Shown here piece by piece: positions 33,518-45,688 of a stretch of 64,000 bases of DNA. Both the position numbers and the translations under genes were made by a program. Position 1 is the stretch's first letter. The number at the start of each line of letters is the position of its first letter. A model generated the notes under the pieces. It was not told the origin of the DNA and searched no databases. It saw nothing but the letters and a program-made list of their open reading frames with translations. Origin of the DNA: Macrostomum lignano (taxonomy: Eukaryota); contig NIVC01000702.1 in assembly GCA_002269645.1 (NCBI GenBank), forward strand, positions 62,001 through 126,000. The letters run 5' to 3'.

Positions 33518-34904
33518 GTTTAAGCGTTTCTTCGTTCAGTGGTAAATGAAGTAATCCAATTTGCCTTTTAAGTATAAAAGAAAAAAAGAGTTCTGACGTA
33601 TTCAAATTTGCAAACATTGTTATGGAATACAAACGTAATAATAAGAATTTTTTGATTAACTTTAAACTAAACTTTAAAAAATCACCATGAGCATTAAGTT
33701 TCTTCATGTTTTCAATCATAGTTTTCAAACTGTGACAAACGTTTTGTTATACTGTATAAAAAAATTACAATTATAGTCCGCAATATTTTCTCTTTTATTT
33801 AAGCTATGAGCTTAAGCCATGACTTCATTTTTTCAATTGTCTTGAAAATGTTATATAAAGCTTGTAAGCATTAGTGGTTTATCCTACGGGATTCTTGGCC
33901 CTAATGTAATTATATGCATGTACTAATAATATAAGTTCGAATTTCTTGTATATGTATACTGCATAAAGGACCACAGTATAAGTAGGACGTAAAACTCAAA
34001 AAGTCGTTTCATTTTTTGGAGACCATAAAGTTGCATGCAGTAACTATGAATATATATATAGGAACTTAGGAACGTGTTTAGGAACTTTATGCATCGAAAT
34101 GGAATTAATACATGTACCTACACAAATTTGTCTGTTTAGATCGAGTACACTGTATTTTGCATTTTGAATACAATTGATTCAAAGAAGAACAAAATAAAAA
34201 GTCACTGTATGTATGATTTTTGTATTGTCAGTGTTATTGGCAATGAATGTCAATGAAATTTTTTTAAATGCAGACAAACAGTAGATGACAAACTATATGA
34301 CAAATTAGGACTGACATGACAATCCTAAGATCGACATTCATCAGTGTACTGTAAAATGGCGTTGAATATTTGCAGTAAAACAAGTTGGAGAAATACATTA
34401 GGGAATATTAAAGCTGCACGGGGCTTGTAACTTTGATTAGAGTTTTTTATTCTAAATAATTTTAAATTCAATAATTGGGACAGCATGAATGTACGCGGTA
34501 TCTATCTGATAAAAATTCGCGATTTCACTCATAGACTAAAACTGAACTGCATGGACGCGGTACAGTAGTTGAACTAATCGTATGTACACACATGTATTTA
34601 ATCCTGAACTGATTTAACCCGGCCATAGACGACGCAGCTTGCAAAATAAAGATTAATCCGACTTCCTGATTGGCTGCTAACTTGAAAGAAGTACGTGTAG
34701 GGTGATTTAACTAAGGAAGCGGCAGTCGCATTTTAGGCGGGGGCCATAGACAAATCAACACCAAGTTCTGATCTGGGTTTTCACCACACGGAGGCTATAT
34801 AAGTTTGGAATTTACTGAAACATTTCTCTGCTCAGCGCTACTTTGGACAGATTTTGCTATCTATAATAGAGCAATAATTCAGCAAGCAGCCATTCTTCTT
34901 CGCG

Positions 34905-35177
34905 ATGAAGTACTTCATAATGCTGTTAGCCATTGTCATGGTCTTTGGTAAGTTTAGTTAGAAATCTTAGATGTGTTTGTAATTTATATAAACTATTGCG
35001 CAAAATTTTCTCACTGATATCCCCTACTACTCACCCGCCAAAGCAGGTTTTGGATCGCGCGCTTGTCGGCATTACTGCATCTATAATGGCCGTATGTGCG
35101 ATACCGACTACAGCTGTTGCTCGGAGAAGTGCAAACGGTCGACACCGTCATCGAGGAAGGGCAAATGCGTACCTTGA
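34905..35177 (+). CDS. Secreted knottin (ICK)-like peptide 1, 57 aa
   Basis: Exons 34905-34947 and 35047-35177. MKYFIMLLAIVMVFGFGSRA-CRHYCIYNGRMCDTDYSCCSEKCKRSTPSSRKGKCVP. TATA-like TATATAA near 34796. Confidence 0.88.
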
Positions 35178-37424
35178 GGCAGCCCGCCTGCATGGTCATG
35201 AGTACTATAGCTATGACTAAACCGTTAATACCGACTTAAGAATTTATCATTGTTCTTAAAATGTTGCATGAGTGCTGCAAGGTACTTTTTGTGTTGCAAG
35301 GACAAATTAAAATGTTTTCATTACGTTTTTGTGTTGTCAAAATTGTTATAATAATATGAGTGACGAAATTGAAACGTAGTGATCATCTGAGCAAATCTTT
35401 TTGGCTTTTGGGACTTGACATGACTGACAGTTTACAGGGTTTACTGTCGATTTGCCTTTTGTTTGTGGGTAAAGTTGTTCTATATACATGTATGAATAAT
35501 TTACGAAAGTCTGGATGTTGCTGCTTCTACTTGTCTATGGTCGGAACCAAAATAATAATGTACATGTATTAATCGATTGCATGCAGTTATAATATTCGTG
35601 TTTTTTTAATCAAATTTTAACAAACTACGAGCTAACTAAGAGCTAACAGTATATTATTTACCCCTGCTATATGGGCAGCACATTCAGTACTGTAATTTTA
35701 CCATAGACTATATGTGGCAGAGCTGTACCTCGGGTTTATGGCTTTTTTAAACTTCGGGTTTGTGAAATTTCCGGTGTGTGAAACGCCTAATATATAAAAA
35801 TTACTCAATTAGGGGGGTCAGGGAAGAAAAGAAAAGGAGGGGGTGGAGGTGCGCGACGAACGAAAGAGGCGAGTTAAAGAGCCAATCAGAAGGCATCGAG
35901 GGAGAGAGATAAAGAATAACAAGACTGGGCTAGACAGAGGAGAGGAAACAGATCGTAAACAGAGACAAGTGAATGCAGATGACTAAACTAAGCAAGTCGC
36001 AACGCTAATAGATGAGAATTCTACAGAACCCTAATTTTTAGAGTCTCAACTAGGGAATACAATCCCGGGATTTTGTTCCCCCCCCCACTACCCCAGTTCC
36101 CTTCCAACCCTAAATTCTAAATTACAATTCGAAAATCCTGGGATTGACCATCGGGATCCCGATCCCGCCTTGCAATAATTCAATCATTCATTCCCGAATA
36201 GTAGTTGTATCTGCAGCTGAGCTACTTGTCAGGTGAAAATCATAACCCAGTTGTCCTACTTTGATTTCTTAATATTTTAAGCATGCGCAGGCTAGTGAGT
36301 AGAATGTTAAAACATGTAGGGCAGCAGGGATCCAAAACAGAAGCTGTTAGAAGGTCGTAAGGGTATTTAGGGTGTAATAATTTGTAGATCTACATGTATA
36401 CTTTAAGCAGTCCCTACCTTCAAAACTCATTGGCCGTAGTTGGGATTAGAACAGTGGGACCTTGCTATCGGACCACGAATTCTCCATCTAGGGCGCGTGC
36501 CCCCTGGGAGGGTGAGGTCTGATCCTCTTCCGCGACCCGTTCATTATTCTATGGCCTAAACGAGTCCCGCGATCATTGCGTACAGCGTACCGATCATTCC
36601 GTACCACATAGATGTTTTCATTGCGTACCGCCTAGAATTGTCTCAAAGGATTGGCCATAGACAATTTTAGAGCTTGGATAGAAAGACTAAAGGGAAGAGT
36701 TAAAGGCTATACGGTCGACCATAGACTATGATTTTCCTAGACTAAATTGACTCTTTAAAGGGTCAGTTTTCTAAGGCAGGGCCAGGTTATAGGCATATTT
36801 TATATTCACATGTATGTACGAGCATATTCTCAATTGCATAGTGTATTTATCGTCACTTCTGTTAAATAAACTGTTTTGTCTATGGTTGAAATGCGCGTTG
36901 GAAGCCTGGAATAATGACGTTCCTTGGACAATCATTAAGGCTCGGGTAGGCCATAGAATAATGTTTAGCAAACAGTGTGACCAGCCATGGACTTCTATAC
37001 TTAGCATTCTAGCATGCTAAGTATAGAAGTCCATGGACCAGCTCCTTGTTGACTTTATAATGAAAGACTTGATCGACTTGTCTCACCTAGAGACTAATAG
37101 TATTCCTAGCGGCTCAGCCGTAATGAAGCCAGTTGAAATGTCTAGGTTCAAAACACAAACAGAAATATTATAATTCATTATATAATTACATTTCTATCAT
37201 ATAATCCTGAACTGATAACCCGAGCATAGATAACACAGCTTGCAGAATGAAGATTAATCCAATCGAACTGTATTTTGGCCATAGACAATCAACAGCAAAC
37301 TCTTTCCACACTAGACAGAGCCGATATAAGTTTGGTATTTATACTGAAACAATTCTCTGCATACACAGCCCTATACTAGATTTTGCGATCTAAAGCAACA
37401 AGCAAGCAGACCCACTTCTTTGCG

Positions 37425-37725
37425 ATGAAGTACTTCATAATGCTGTTAGCCATTGTCATGTTCTTCGGTAAGCTCAGTTAGAAAGCTTAGATAGATGTGT
37501 TTTTAATTCAAAAAAATTATTGCGCACATGTTTCTCATATACTACTCACCCGTCAAAGCAGGTCTCGGATCGCGCGCCTGTCCGCCCAAGTTCTGCACAA
37601 AGACCGGCCGTCTCTGCCAGTCTGACAATGACTGTTGTTCGAAAAAATGCAACCCGATACTATCGAAGATGGGCAACTGCGCACCTGGTGGTAACCCGCC
37701 TGGTACTCAAGAGTACTATGATTAA
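37425..37725 (+). CDS. Secreted knottin (ICK)-like peptide 2, 68 aa
   Basis: Exons 37425-37467 and 37562-37725. MKYFIMLLAIVMFFGLGSRA-CPPKFCTKTGRLCQSDNDCCSKKCNPILSKMGNCAPGGNPPGTQEYYD. Confidence 0.9.
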
Positions 37726-37760
37726 CAAACTATCAATATACCGACTTAAGAATTTATCAT

Positions 37761-38742
37761 TGTTGTACCTGTGGTTGTCCTGCTGTACAGCGCAGTGACT
37801 TGGGCTCCGTCCTCTCACTTAGAAGCCTTCTTAACTTTAGTAGCGTAGGTAGTGCTGCCACCAGTTCCTTCAGGTCTCGGCCTTCGATGAGGTGAGCTTC
37901 CCGTCGGAACGAAATAAACAAGTCAACGAACTCAGCACAGCGTGCAGATTTGCAGATTAATGAACAAGGCGTCCTGATCAGCAGATCCCCGCCGGGCTCA
38001 GGGGTGGCTGGGAAGGCAGTGTTAGCCTCCCTTAGGCTTGGGCTTTAGTGGGGTCTCAGTCAGACCAGTACAAACGGATTCAGTACGCAAAGGGCACTTA
38101 GTTAGACACTGACGCACACGGGATCTTAGTGAATTCTCCGCAGATAAGAAGCCACTCCTTGATGGAAACAAGGGGAGAGGGGTCCTATTTATAGCCGGGA
38201 AACACCCACGCACAAGACCTCGTGACTTGTTCTATTTTTAGAACTGACGTCACTTGAGATCTCGAGGCAGGGTCTCAGTGCGCGCAAGACCTCGTGACTC
38301 GTTCTATTTTTAGAACTGACGTCACTTGAGGTCTCCGGCCAGAGTACACGCGGCTGTGACTCAGTTGCTATTTTTAGCAACATGAGTCACTCCTCTCCTT
38401 AGAGAAGGGAGGGTTCCGAAAGCACGTGATTCTCCCGGTAAACAGGGCCAACGAGTGCAGTAAACATGTTTACTGCACTTTAGGACTCGAAGAACGCAGA
38501 GTCTGTAATGTGACTTGCTCACATGACAGAGGAAAACGGGACGGGAACGAAACAGAGACAGCCCACAGCAGAGAAGCTGAGGGCTGAGAACAGAGACGCA
38601 GAAGGGCAGAACAGGCCAAGGGCAGCAACAGACAGGCCAAGGGGGGTGGGAAGCTGACCAGCGGCAGACAGCAACCCAGGGCGAGGGCGAGGGAGACTGC
38701 TGACAAAGTGGGACGCCTAACATCAACTAGCGGATCACTACA
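37761..38742 (-). repeat. 3' LTR
   Basis: Same length as 45689-46670 with identical ORF translations. PPT (GAACGGGGAGAG on minus) abuts it at 38743-38754. Confidence 0.95.
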
Positions 38743-39273
38743 CTCTCCCCGTTCAAATGAAGAGGCGGAGTGAAAGCGAAGCGCGCTTTATTTAATAAAC
38801 GAAATAGTGATTTTACTAAATAAAATTATTACAAATGCCTGGCAAAAGGATGGCAGTGTCACAGGGCATGCAAATTATTACACGGCTGGGCCAAGGTCAG
38901 GATTGTGACCCAAAATGGCGAAGCACCAATAGCACCGGTGGGTTGCCCACGCCAAGGCAGAGCCCTAGAAAATCATAAAATCGGAGGGGCTGGCAAGTCC
39001 CTCGGGCGTACGCAGAATCAGGACCTCAGTCCAACAGCGGTTTGGGGGCGCCGGCCCGGAAAATGGGCGCCTAAATATACGGGATACCATAGACAGCCGG
39101 CAGAGCCCGTCACTGGGGAGAAGGGGGATGCAGAACTGCATCAGAGCAACAGCTCACGGGAAGATAAAAGAGTACGCATTGCGGGGGCGCTGGCCCGCTA
39201 TTGAGGCGCCACATAAAGTAGAGCAGGGAAAAATCAGAGGGTGCCTGTCAGCACCAAGTCCACAGAGTCAGAG

Positions 39274-42200
39274 TTAATCGCTGCGTTGGGTTGATCGGTG
39301 CACGCAGATGCGGGCAGTGCGACTAACATACGTCTTGGCCCTAGGATTAATAATTAGCCTCTCAGGCTGCCTACGATTCCTAGCCGGCCTACCGACATCT
39401 ACAGACCCTAATGACGCTTCCACCGGAGTGGTGCATAACGACGGCCCAGGGGTCTGGACCACAGAAAAAGCAGCACTGGGAGCGGGAGCAGAAACGGGCG
39501 GAAAAGAAACAGCAGGCATAGACGCATCAAGAACAGGCTTATGCAGATGACATTCACCATACGGCACCGGCTCACGCCGAAGTGCACTTGCCTGGTTCGC
39601 TGGTGTCGTGACCGGTCCACCTCCTGGCTGCACCTCCGGGATCGCCAAAGGCCGGAAGTGCCATCGGAAGGCCGGCCTTGCGTCGTAGCCGTCATCATCG
39701 TCATCGTCGGGGTCGTCCTGGTCGTCCTCGGGGATTGGCGTCAGGGTCGCGGGTCCTGCGCCGTCGGGGATGTCGGGCGGCCGCCGGCGTTTCTTCGGTT
39801 TGTCGACTTCAGGGTCCGAAGTTCTCGTGTAGTCAGCGTCAGGCACGAGCAGAAGGTTCCGGCGATGGACGACTAGTTCGTCTCGTCTAGCTCTCGGGTT
39901 TGGCAGTCTCCGTCGAATCTTGTAGACGACCTCGCCCTTGGGCTCGACGACTTCGTATAGGGCTTTGCGAGGTCGATGAAACTTCGCCGCCTCATCCGGT
40001 TCGAGTACCGGGTTGTTGAGGAAGACCAGATCTCCGGGTTGAAGCTTCTTGGCGACGGGCAGGTTCGAATAGTGCTCGTCTCGCAATTGCTGGTGCAGGT
40101 GCAGGCGCTCCTTGGCCAGCTCAGTCGCCTCGTCCAGGCGACGTTGGAAGTCCTTGACGTAGTCGGGCAGGTCGGCGTACTCGGGCAGCTTCTTCAGCGC
40201 GTTGTCGATCGGGAGTCGGAAATCACGGCCGAACACCAGGTAGTGAGGCGTGAAGCCGGTCACCGGGTGCACGCTGGAGCGGAGAGCCATCAGACAGGCC
40301 GGGAGGAAGGTGTCCCAGTCGTTGTGGTTGCGCTCGAGCAGACAGGTGAGGACACTCTTCAGCTGTTTGTTGAGGTTCTCGACTTGTCCGTTGGAAGCTG
40401 GATTGTACGGTGTTGTTGTCGTATGCCGAATGCCAAACAGGTCGCAGAACTTCTTGAAGGCTGAGCCGGTGAAGTTGGTGCCTTGGTCAGTGTGGATCCA
40501 GCATGGTACACCGAACTCGGGGATGAAGCGCTCCTGCAGAAGCTTGATGACTGTTTTGGCTTTCTGGTTTCTCATCGGGTAGGCGAATGGATACTTCGAC
40601 GTCGCATCGCACAAGGTCAGGATGTAGCGGTTGCCGCTCTTGCTCTTCTGCGCGATTGGTCCTACTACATCACAGTGGATTCTACCCAGAACTTCGCAAA
40701 CTGGGAAGCTCTGGACCGGAACTCTCTCTCGCCGTCGCGATTTACTTTCAAGGCAGGTGCGGCACTTACTGATGAAGGTCTTGGTAGCACGGGCTAATCC
40801 GGGTCTCCAGAACCGTTCTCGTAGCCGCAGTAACGTCTTCGTCTCGCCGAGGTGTCCACACAGTGGCGAACTGTGGAGCTCCTGGAGCACCTGGGCGTCA
40901 AGGGCCTCAGGCAGAACAACCTTTGGCGGCTGCTGGCCATCGGACAGGTCAATCAGCAGCAGGCCGTTGTCCTCCTGCAGGTTCGCGTAGTATCCGAGCA
41001 GGTTCCGCTGCTCCTTCGTCAGGCGCAACCGGGCGTCGAACTCAGGCTTCGGGGCTTCGTTCTTGACCAGGTTGAGCACGTAGCTGATGGCTCGGTCAGC
41101 GCGCTGGGCTTCAACGAACTGTTGGCGAGTCATCGGCAGCTTCAGAAAATCAGTGAGCACAGCGCGGCATGGCTGAGGGGTCCGGATTCCCGCAGTCTCC
41201 GCTTTAATGGCTCCAGGTCGATCACACGGCACCGTCTTGTCGGCGTCAGGATTAGGTCGCTCCGAGGGACTTTGTCTCGCAACGTCGGCGTACGTCCGTT
41301 GATCTCGTTTCGAAGTTCTCATCGTCGCTCTATTGACAGAAAAATCCGCAGATGGAGCAGTGCACATGCCTCCACTGCCTAGCCCAGGCGACTCTTGGCT
41401 GTAGGGCGGGACGCAACACGTGAAGCACGCCTCGTCACTGGCAGCCGTAGCCGTCGGCTCAGTCGTCGTCAAATCTGGGTGAGTCTTCTCCTGCACTGGG
41501 CGGTGTCGCAAAGGGGGAATCGACTTTCCGCACAGGCGATGAGCAGCTGTCTGTCGGCCCGGGGGACAGAGCTTCGACCTTGCAGCTGGCGCGAGATTCT
41601 GGCCCCTGTCAACATGGCGAGAGATCTCAGCGAAAGGCTCAGAAGGGTTGTACTTAGGTTGCTGTCCTGGAGTTGCGTTGCGGGCCGTCATCAGAAGGGC
41701 TGCTGGCGCGGTGGCCTTTGAATCTTGGTCCGTGGGCGTCTCCAGATTCCGAGACTGGAAGTCTTGGGCGTCGTCAAGGAGGTCTGCTTCGGCGGTGGCC
41801 TCTAGGACTTCGTCCAGGTTGGTCTCCAGGTAACGGCAGTCGGCGTGGGCATCGCTGCAGAGGGCTGTCGTCACAGTGGCCTCTGGGTTGTCGTCCAGGC
41901 CGATCTCCAGGCGTTGACTGCAGCGGTGGGCGTCGTGCTGGAAGGCTGCTGGCGCGGTGGCTTCCAGGTCTTCGTCCAGGTCAGTCTCGGCCTCCAGGTA
42001 GCGAGGGTGGACAGTCTTCGGAGGGCTGCTCTGGCAGTGGCCTCGGGTGTCGCGTCCAAGTCCGTCTCCAGGAAACGTCGGCGCTCAGTCTTGGGGCTGC
42101 CGCCGGCACCGGGTTGGGCTGTAGAACCAGGTTGCTTTAGCAGTCGGCCATGCTCGAAGTTGATCGGTGGTGTCTCCGGTCTTCTTGACAGGGCGTCGGC

Positions 42201-44572
42201 GTTGGCGTGGTCCTTGCCTTTGCGGTGGTTAAGCTGGAAGCGGAACTCGCTAAGGCGTTCGATCCAGCGGCCTAAAATACCTGTGGCCTGAGTTTGGTTC
42301 AGTAACCACAGTAAGGCCCGATGATCGGATCGAACTTCAAACTTCTTGCCAATTAAGTAATGACGGAAATGTCGCATAGCGTCCAAAATTGCAAGCAGCT
42401 CTTTCTTCGTGACCGTGTAGCGCTTCTCAGGATCGCGAAGTTTACGGCTAAAGAACGCAATTGGACGTTCGACGCCGTCGGATTGCAGTTGTCCAAGGCA
42501 AGCGCCTATTCGAATATCAGAGGCATCCGTGTCGAGGACAAACTTCACTGCAGGATCAGAATTAAGCTCAGGCAGAGCGAGAACTTCAGTAGAACACAGT
42601 TTCTTCTTCAGAGTGTCGAACGCGTGCTGATGCTCAGGAGTCCAGTGCTGCCGCAGGCTGCCAATGTCCTTTCGCGTCAGGGCATGCAGCGGCGCAGCCA
42701 CTCCAGCGTAGCCGTCGACAAACTTGTGGTAGTAATTGGCGAGGCCTAGGAATTGTCTCAGTTGAGTAACGGACTGTGGCACGGGCCAATCACGGATCTG
42801 CGCAATCTTGTCCTCACAGGTCTTCAGGCCGTCGGGAGTCACGACGTGACCTAAATAATGCAGCTCCTTGAGGAACAAATGACATTTCTTCGGTTTCACT
42901 TTGAGGTTGGCTGCGATGATGCGCTGGAGTACAGTTCGCAGGTTATCCAGCTGTTCCTCGAAAGTCACTGAGTGCACCACGATGTCGTCCATATAGCCAA
43001 GCGCAGTCTTTGGCGTCAGGCCGTCCAGGAGCTTATTGATGCAACGCTGAAAGCTGCCGGGACTATCGTGGAGACCCATCGGTAGAACGTTAAAACAGAA
43101 TTGGCCGCGGTCGATTACTGAGAATGCCGTCAAGTGCTGGTCGCAGTCACGCAGCGGGATCTGCCAGAATCCTTGAGCAAGGTCCAAGCTGGAATACCAC
43201 TGAGCACCACGAAGCTTCGCGAAGGTTTCCTGGATGTGCGGCAGTGGATACGGGTGATACACACACCTGTCGTTGAGAGCTCTGAAGTCGTGGACTAGTC
43301 GGATGTTGCCGTCCTTCTTGGGCACGATGAGCATTGGCGAATTGTAGCTCGAGTAGGCAGGGCGAATGATGTGCTTCGCCAGCATCTCGTCTAGCAGGGC
43401 GTCGAGCTTGTCCTTCAGATGAGGCGGAATTCGGCGCGGTGGAAGCGCAACTGGTGTCCGGTCCTTTAAGATGATCTCGTGGGTCACCAGGTGAGTCAGG
43501 CCGGCGTCTAGCGGGTGCTTGGAGAAGGCCGCTTGACATTCGACTAGGAGATCTCGCACTCGCTGATGTTGTTCTTTGGACAATTCGTTGTTGATCTCGA
43601 CTTCATCTAGCCATGCTGTGCTGGACTTTCAGAGTTCTTCGGGAGGTGTCGCACTTCAGGTTCAGGCGTCTCACTCAGGTACATCAGGTCGGCAGTTCGG
43701 AGTGGCGTCGCAACACCAACACGGATACCGGCTTGCAGGAACACCTCGCTGTCGGCGGTGTTGACGACCTCAATGTAGCCGCGACCTTCAGGCATCGTCA
43801 TCAGAGCAGGCGCTGCTTCCAGAGCGTTGCAGCTGGGATGCAGCCTCGACTTAACCAGCTCGACAATTGATGGCGATCCTCGATTCTCAGGGTGGCCGTC
43901 ATCCAGTCTGACGGCAAGCAACGCTGAACTTCTAGGCGGCAGGGTGCACTTCTCGGAGGTGTACACTCGGCAGTTCTGAAGCTCACGACGCGAATAGCGA
44001 ACGGGGATGCACGCGCCGTTGTTAAACTTCAACATTCCTTGAGCGAAGTCCAAGTTCTGGCAGTGCTCTCGCATAAACGATACGCCAAGCAAGTTTTCAC
44101 AATCGGAGACCGTGACGAGGAATTCGGTGTCCGCGACGACATCACCGAACTCCACCGGAATGGTCACCTTACAAGCAAGTGGGAGCTGCGTCCCATCATA
44201 CATAGTTACGCAATCGGGAATAGCATGCGATATAATACAACGAGGCATCCGACGTCTAATAGCGGCCCAGGTTGACGAACCAAGAAAGTTTTTCCGGCTG
44301 CCGCTGTCAAGCAAGAAAGGGACCTCTCGACTCGCAACTCGACCTGTGACGTACGGATCGGCCTCACGCGCATGGATTTTTTGATTCGGGGAGGTGTCCA
44401 CGAAACCTCCGCACTCCGCGTCACTTACTGACGAGTGACTGTCGGACTGGGCATTGGCGCCTGCACAGCCGACATTCTCTTCTTCTGGTGACCTCTCGGA
44501 GTCTGCCAAGTAGCCTGGGCTTGGACCTCGCGGAGGGCGGTGCCGTTGTCGCTCTCCGCCTGGCCGTTTCCC
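39274..44572 (-). pseudogene. pol: Gypsy pol (PR-RT-RNaseH-linker-IN) with two apparent frameshifts
   Basis: Protease FLLDSGS, RT YMDD, RNase H DTDAS/ELLA/SDH/DALSR, integrase HHCC plus DVVGP/TDQG/NGQVE. Frame breaks near 43628 and 42010. Confidence 0.9.
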
Positions 44573-45596
44573 TGGTTCTGGCGCATCGGGCACTGGGCAC
44601 TGCGGTGACCGGGCTGTCCGCAGCCGTAGCAGATTGTAGTCTTCGCCGGCGGGCTGTTCTTCTGCTGTTGGTCACGCTGCACCAGGTGATCAAGCAGTCG
44701 CTGCTGCTTCTCGATCAAGTCGGTTAGAGTTAGCAAGGCTTGGGCGGTGACGTCGGGCTTCGGGTCGCCGTCCTGCTCCCCGTCCAACATCCTAACCGGG
44801 GGTTGAGCGGTTCGCTGCGCCAATTCTTTGGCGCCTTCTAGTCGTCGTAGTTCTCGAATCGCAGCAAGAAGATTATTTGGGCGGACCCAGTACAGCCGTT
44901 CACGCAGGTCTGGAGTCGTCCGGATACCAGCAAGAAATTGATCAGCAATCTCCTTCTCGCGTCTTCAGGGTGCATTCGAGGATACGCACGTTCACCAAGA
45001 GTTCTCAGGGCGTCAGCAAACTCTTCTGCTGACTCATTCTTGCATTGTTGACGACGCCTAAACAGCTCTCTATACTCATCAGCACCACCATGACGGGCAA
45101 ATCGCTCAATCAGACGCTGCTTGACCTCCTCGTAGCTGGCGAAACGCGGGAGATTCATACTAAGCAAAGAAGGATATGCAGTAGCCAAATCAAGACTCGC
45201 AATGAGGTGTTGCTTCATCTCGAACGGGTCGACGATGCGCTCCATCTCGCAACGCTGCTCGAACGCGGCAAGCCAGACATGAATGTCCTGACTTGGAGTA
45301 TACTTCACAATCTTAACTTGTTTACTCACAGGCCGCTCCATCTGCTGCTGCAGAGCTGCCATCATGGTCCTCACGTCCTGGTGCGTGATGTTCCGGCCGA
45401 TGTTGTCCAGGCCTTGCAGAAGCTCGTCTGGCGGGTCGTCGGACACGTCGCTTCTGGCACCTCGCCTCGGCGTCGGCTGCTGACCAAAGTCGTTGATCGC
45501 TGCTGCTGCTGCGGCGTCCGCTGCCGCAGGCCTCGAACTGCTGATGTGCTGATCCAGCCGGCTGCTGCACCGGCTCTCGTCTCGTTCGTTGAACAT
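44425..45596 (-). pseudogene. gag: Gypsy gag with CCHC knuckle and one apparent frameshift
   Basis: ATG at 45596. WLAAFE...YEEVKQRLIERF, break near 44958, then EIADQFLAGI and CYGCGQPGHRSAQC. Confidence 0.85.
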
Positions 45597-45688
45597 GTTG
45601 AACTCGTAGTAGTTACTGGCCGATGTCGTTCTCGAAAGAGCGGTTGGCTTGGGTGTGTCGTAGTCGGATCTCACCGCTGCGTCACCAG

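Noticed and set aside
37880-37920. Hammerhead-like GATGAG...CGAAA in the LTR
   Set aside because: It lacks the CUGAUGA core and convincing stems.
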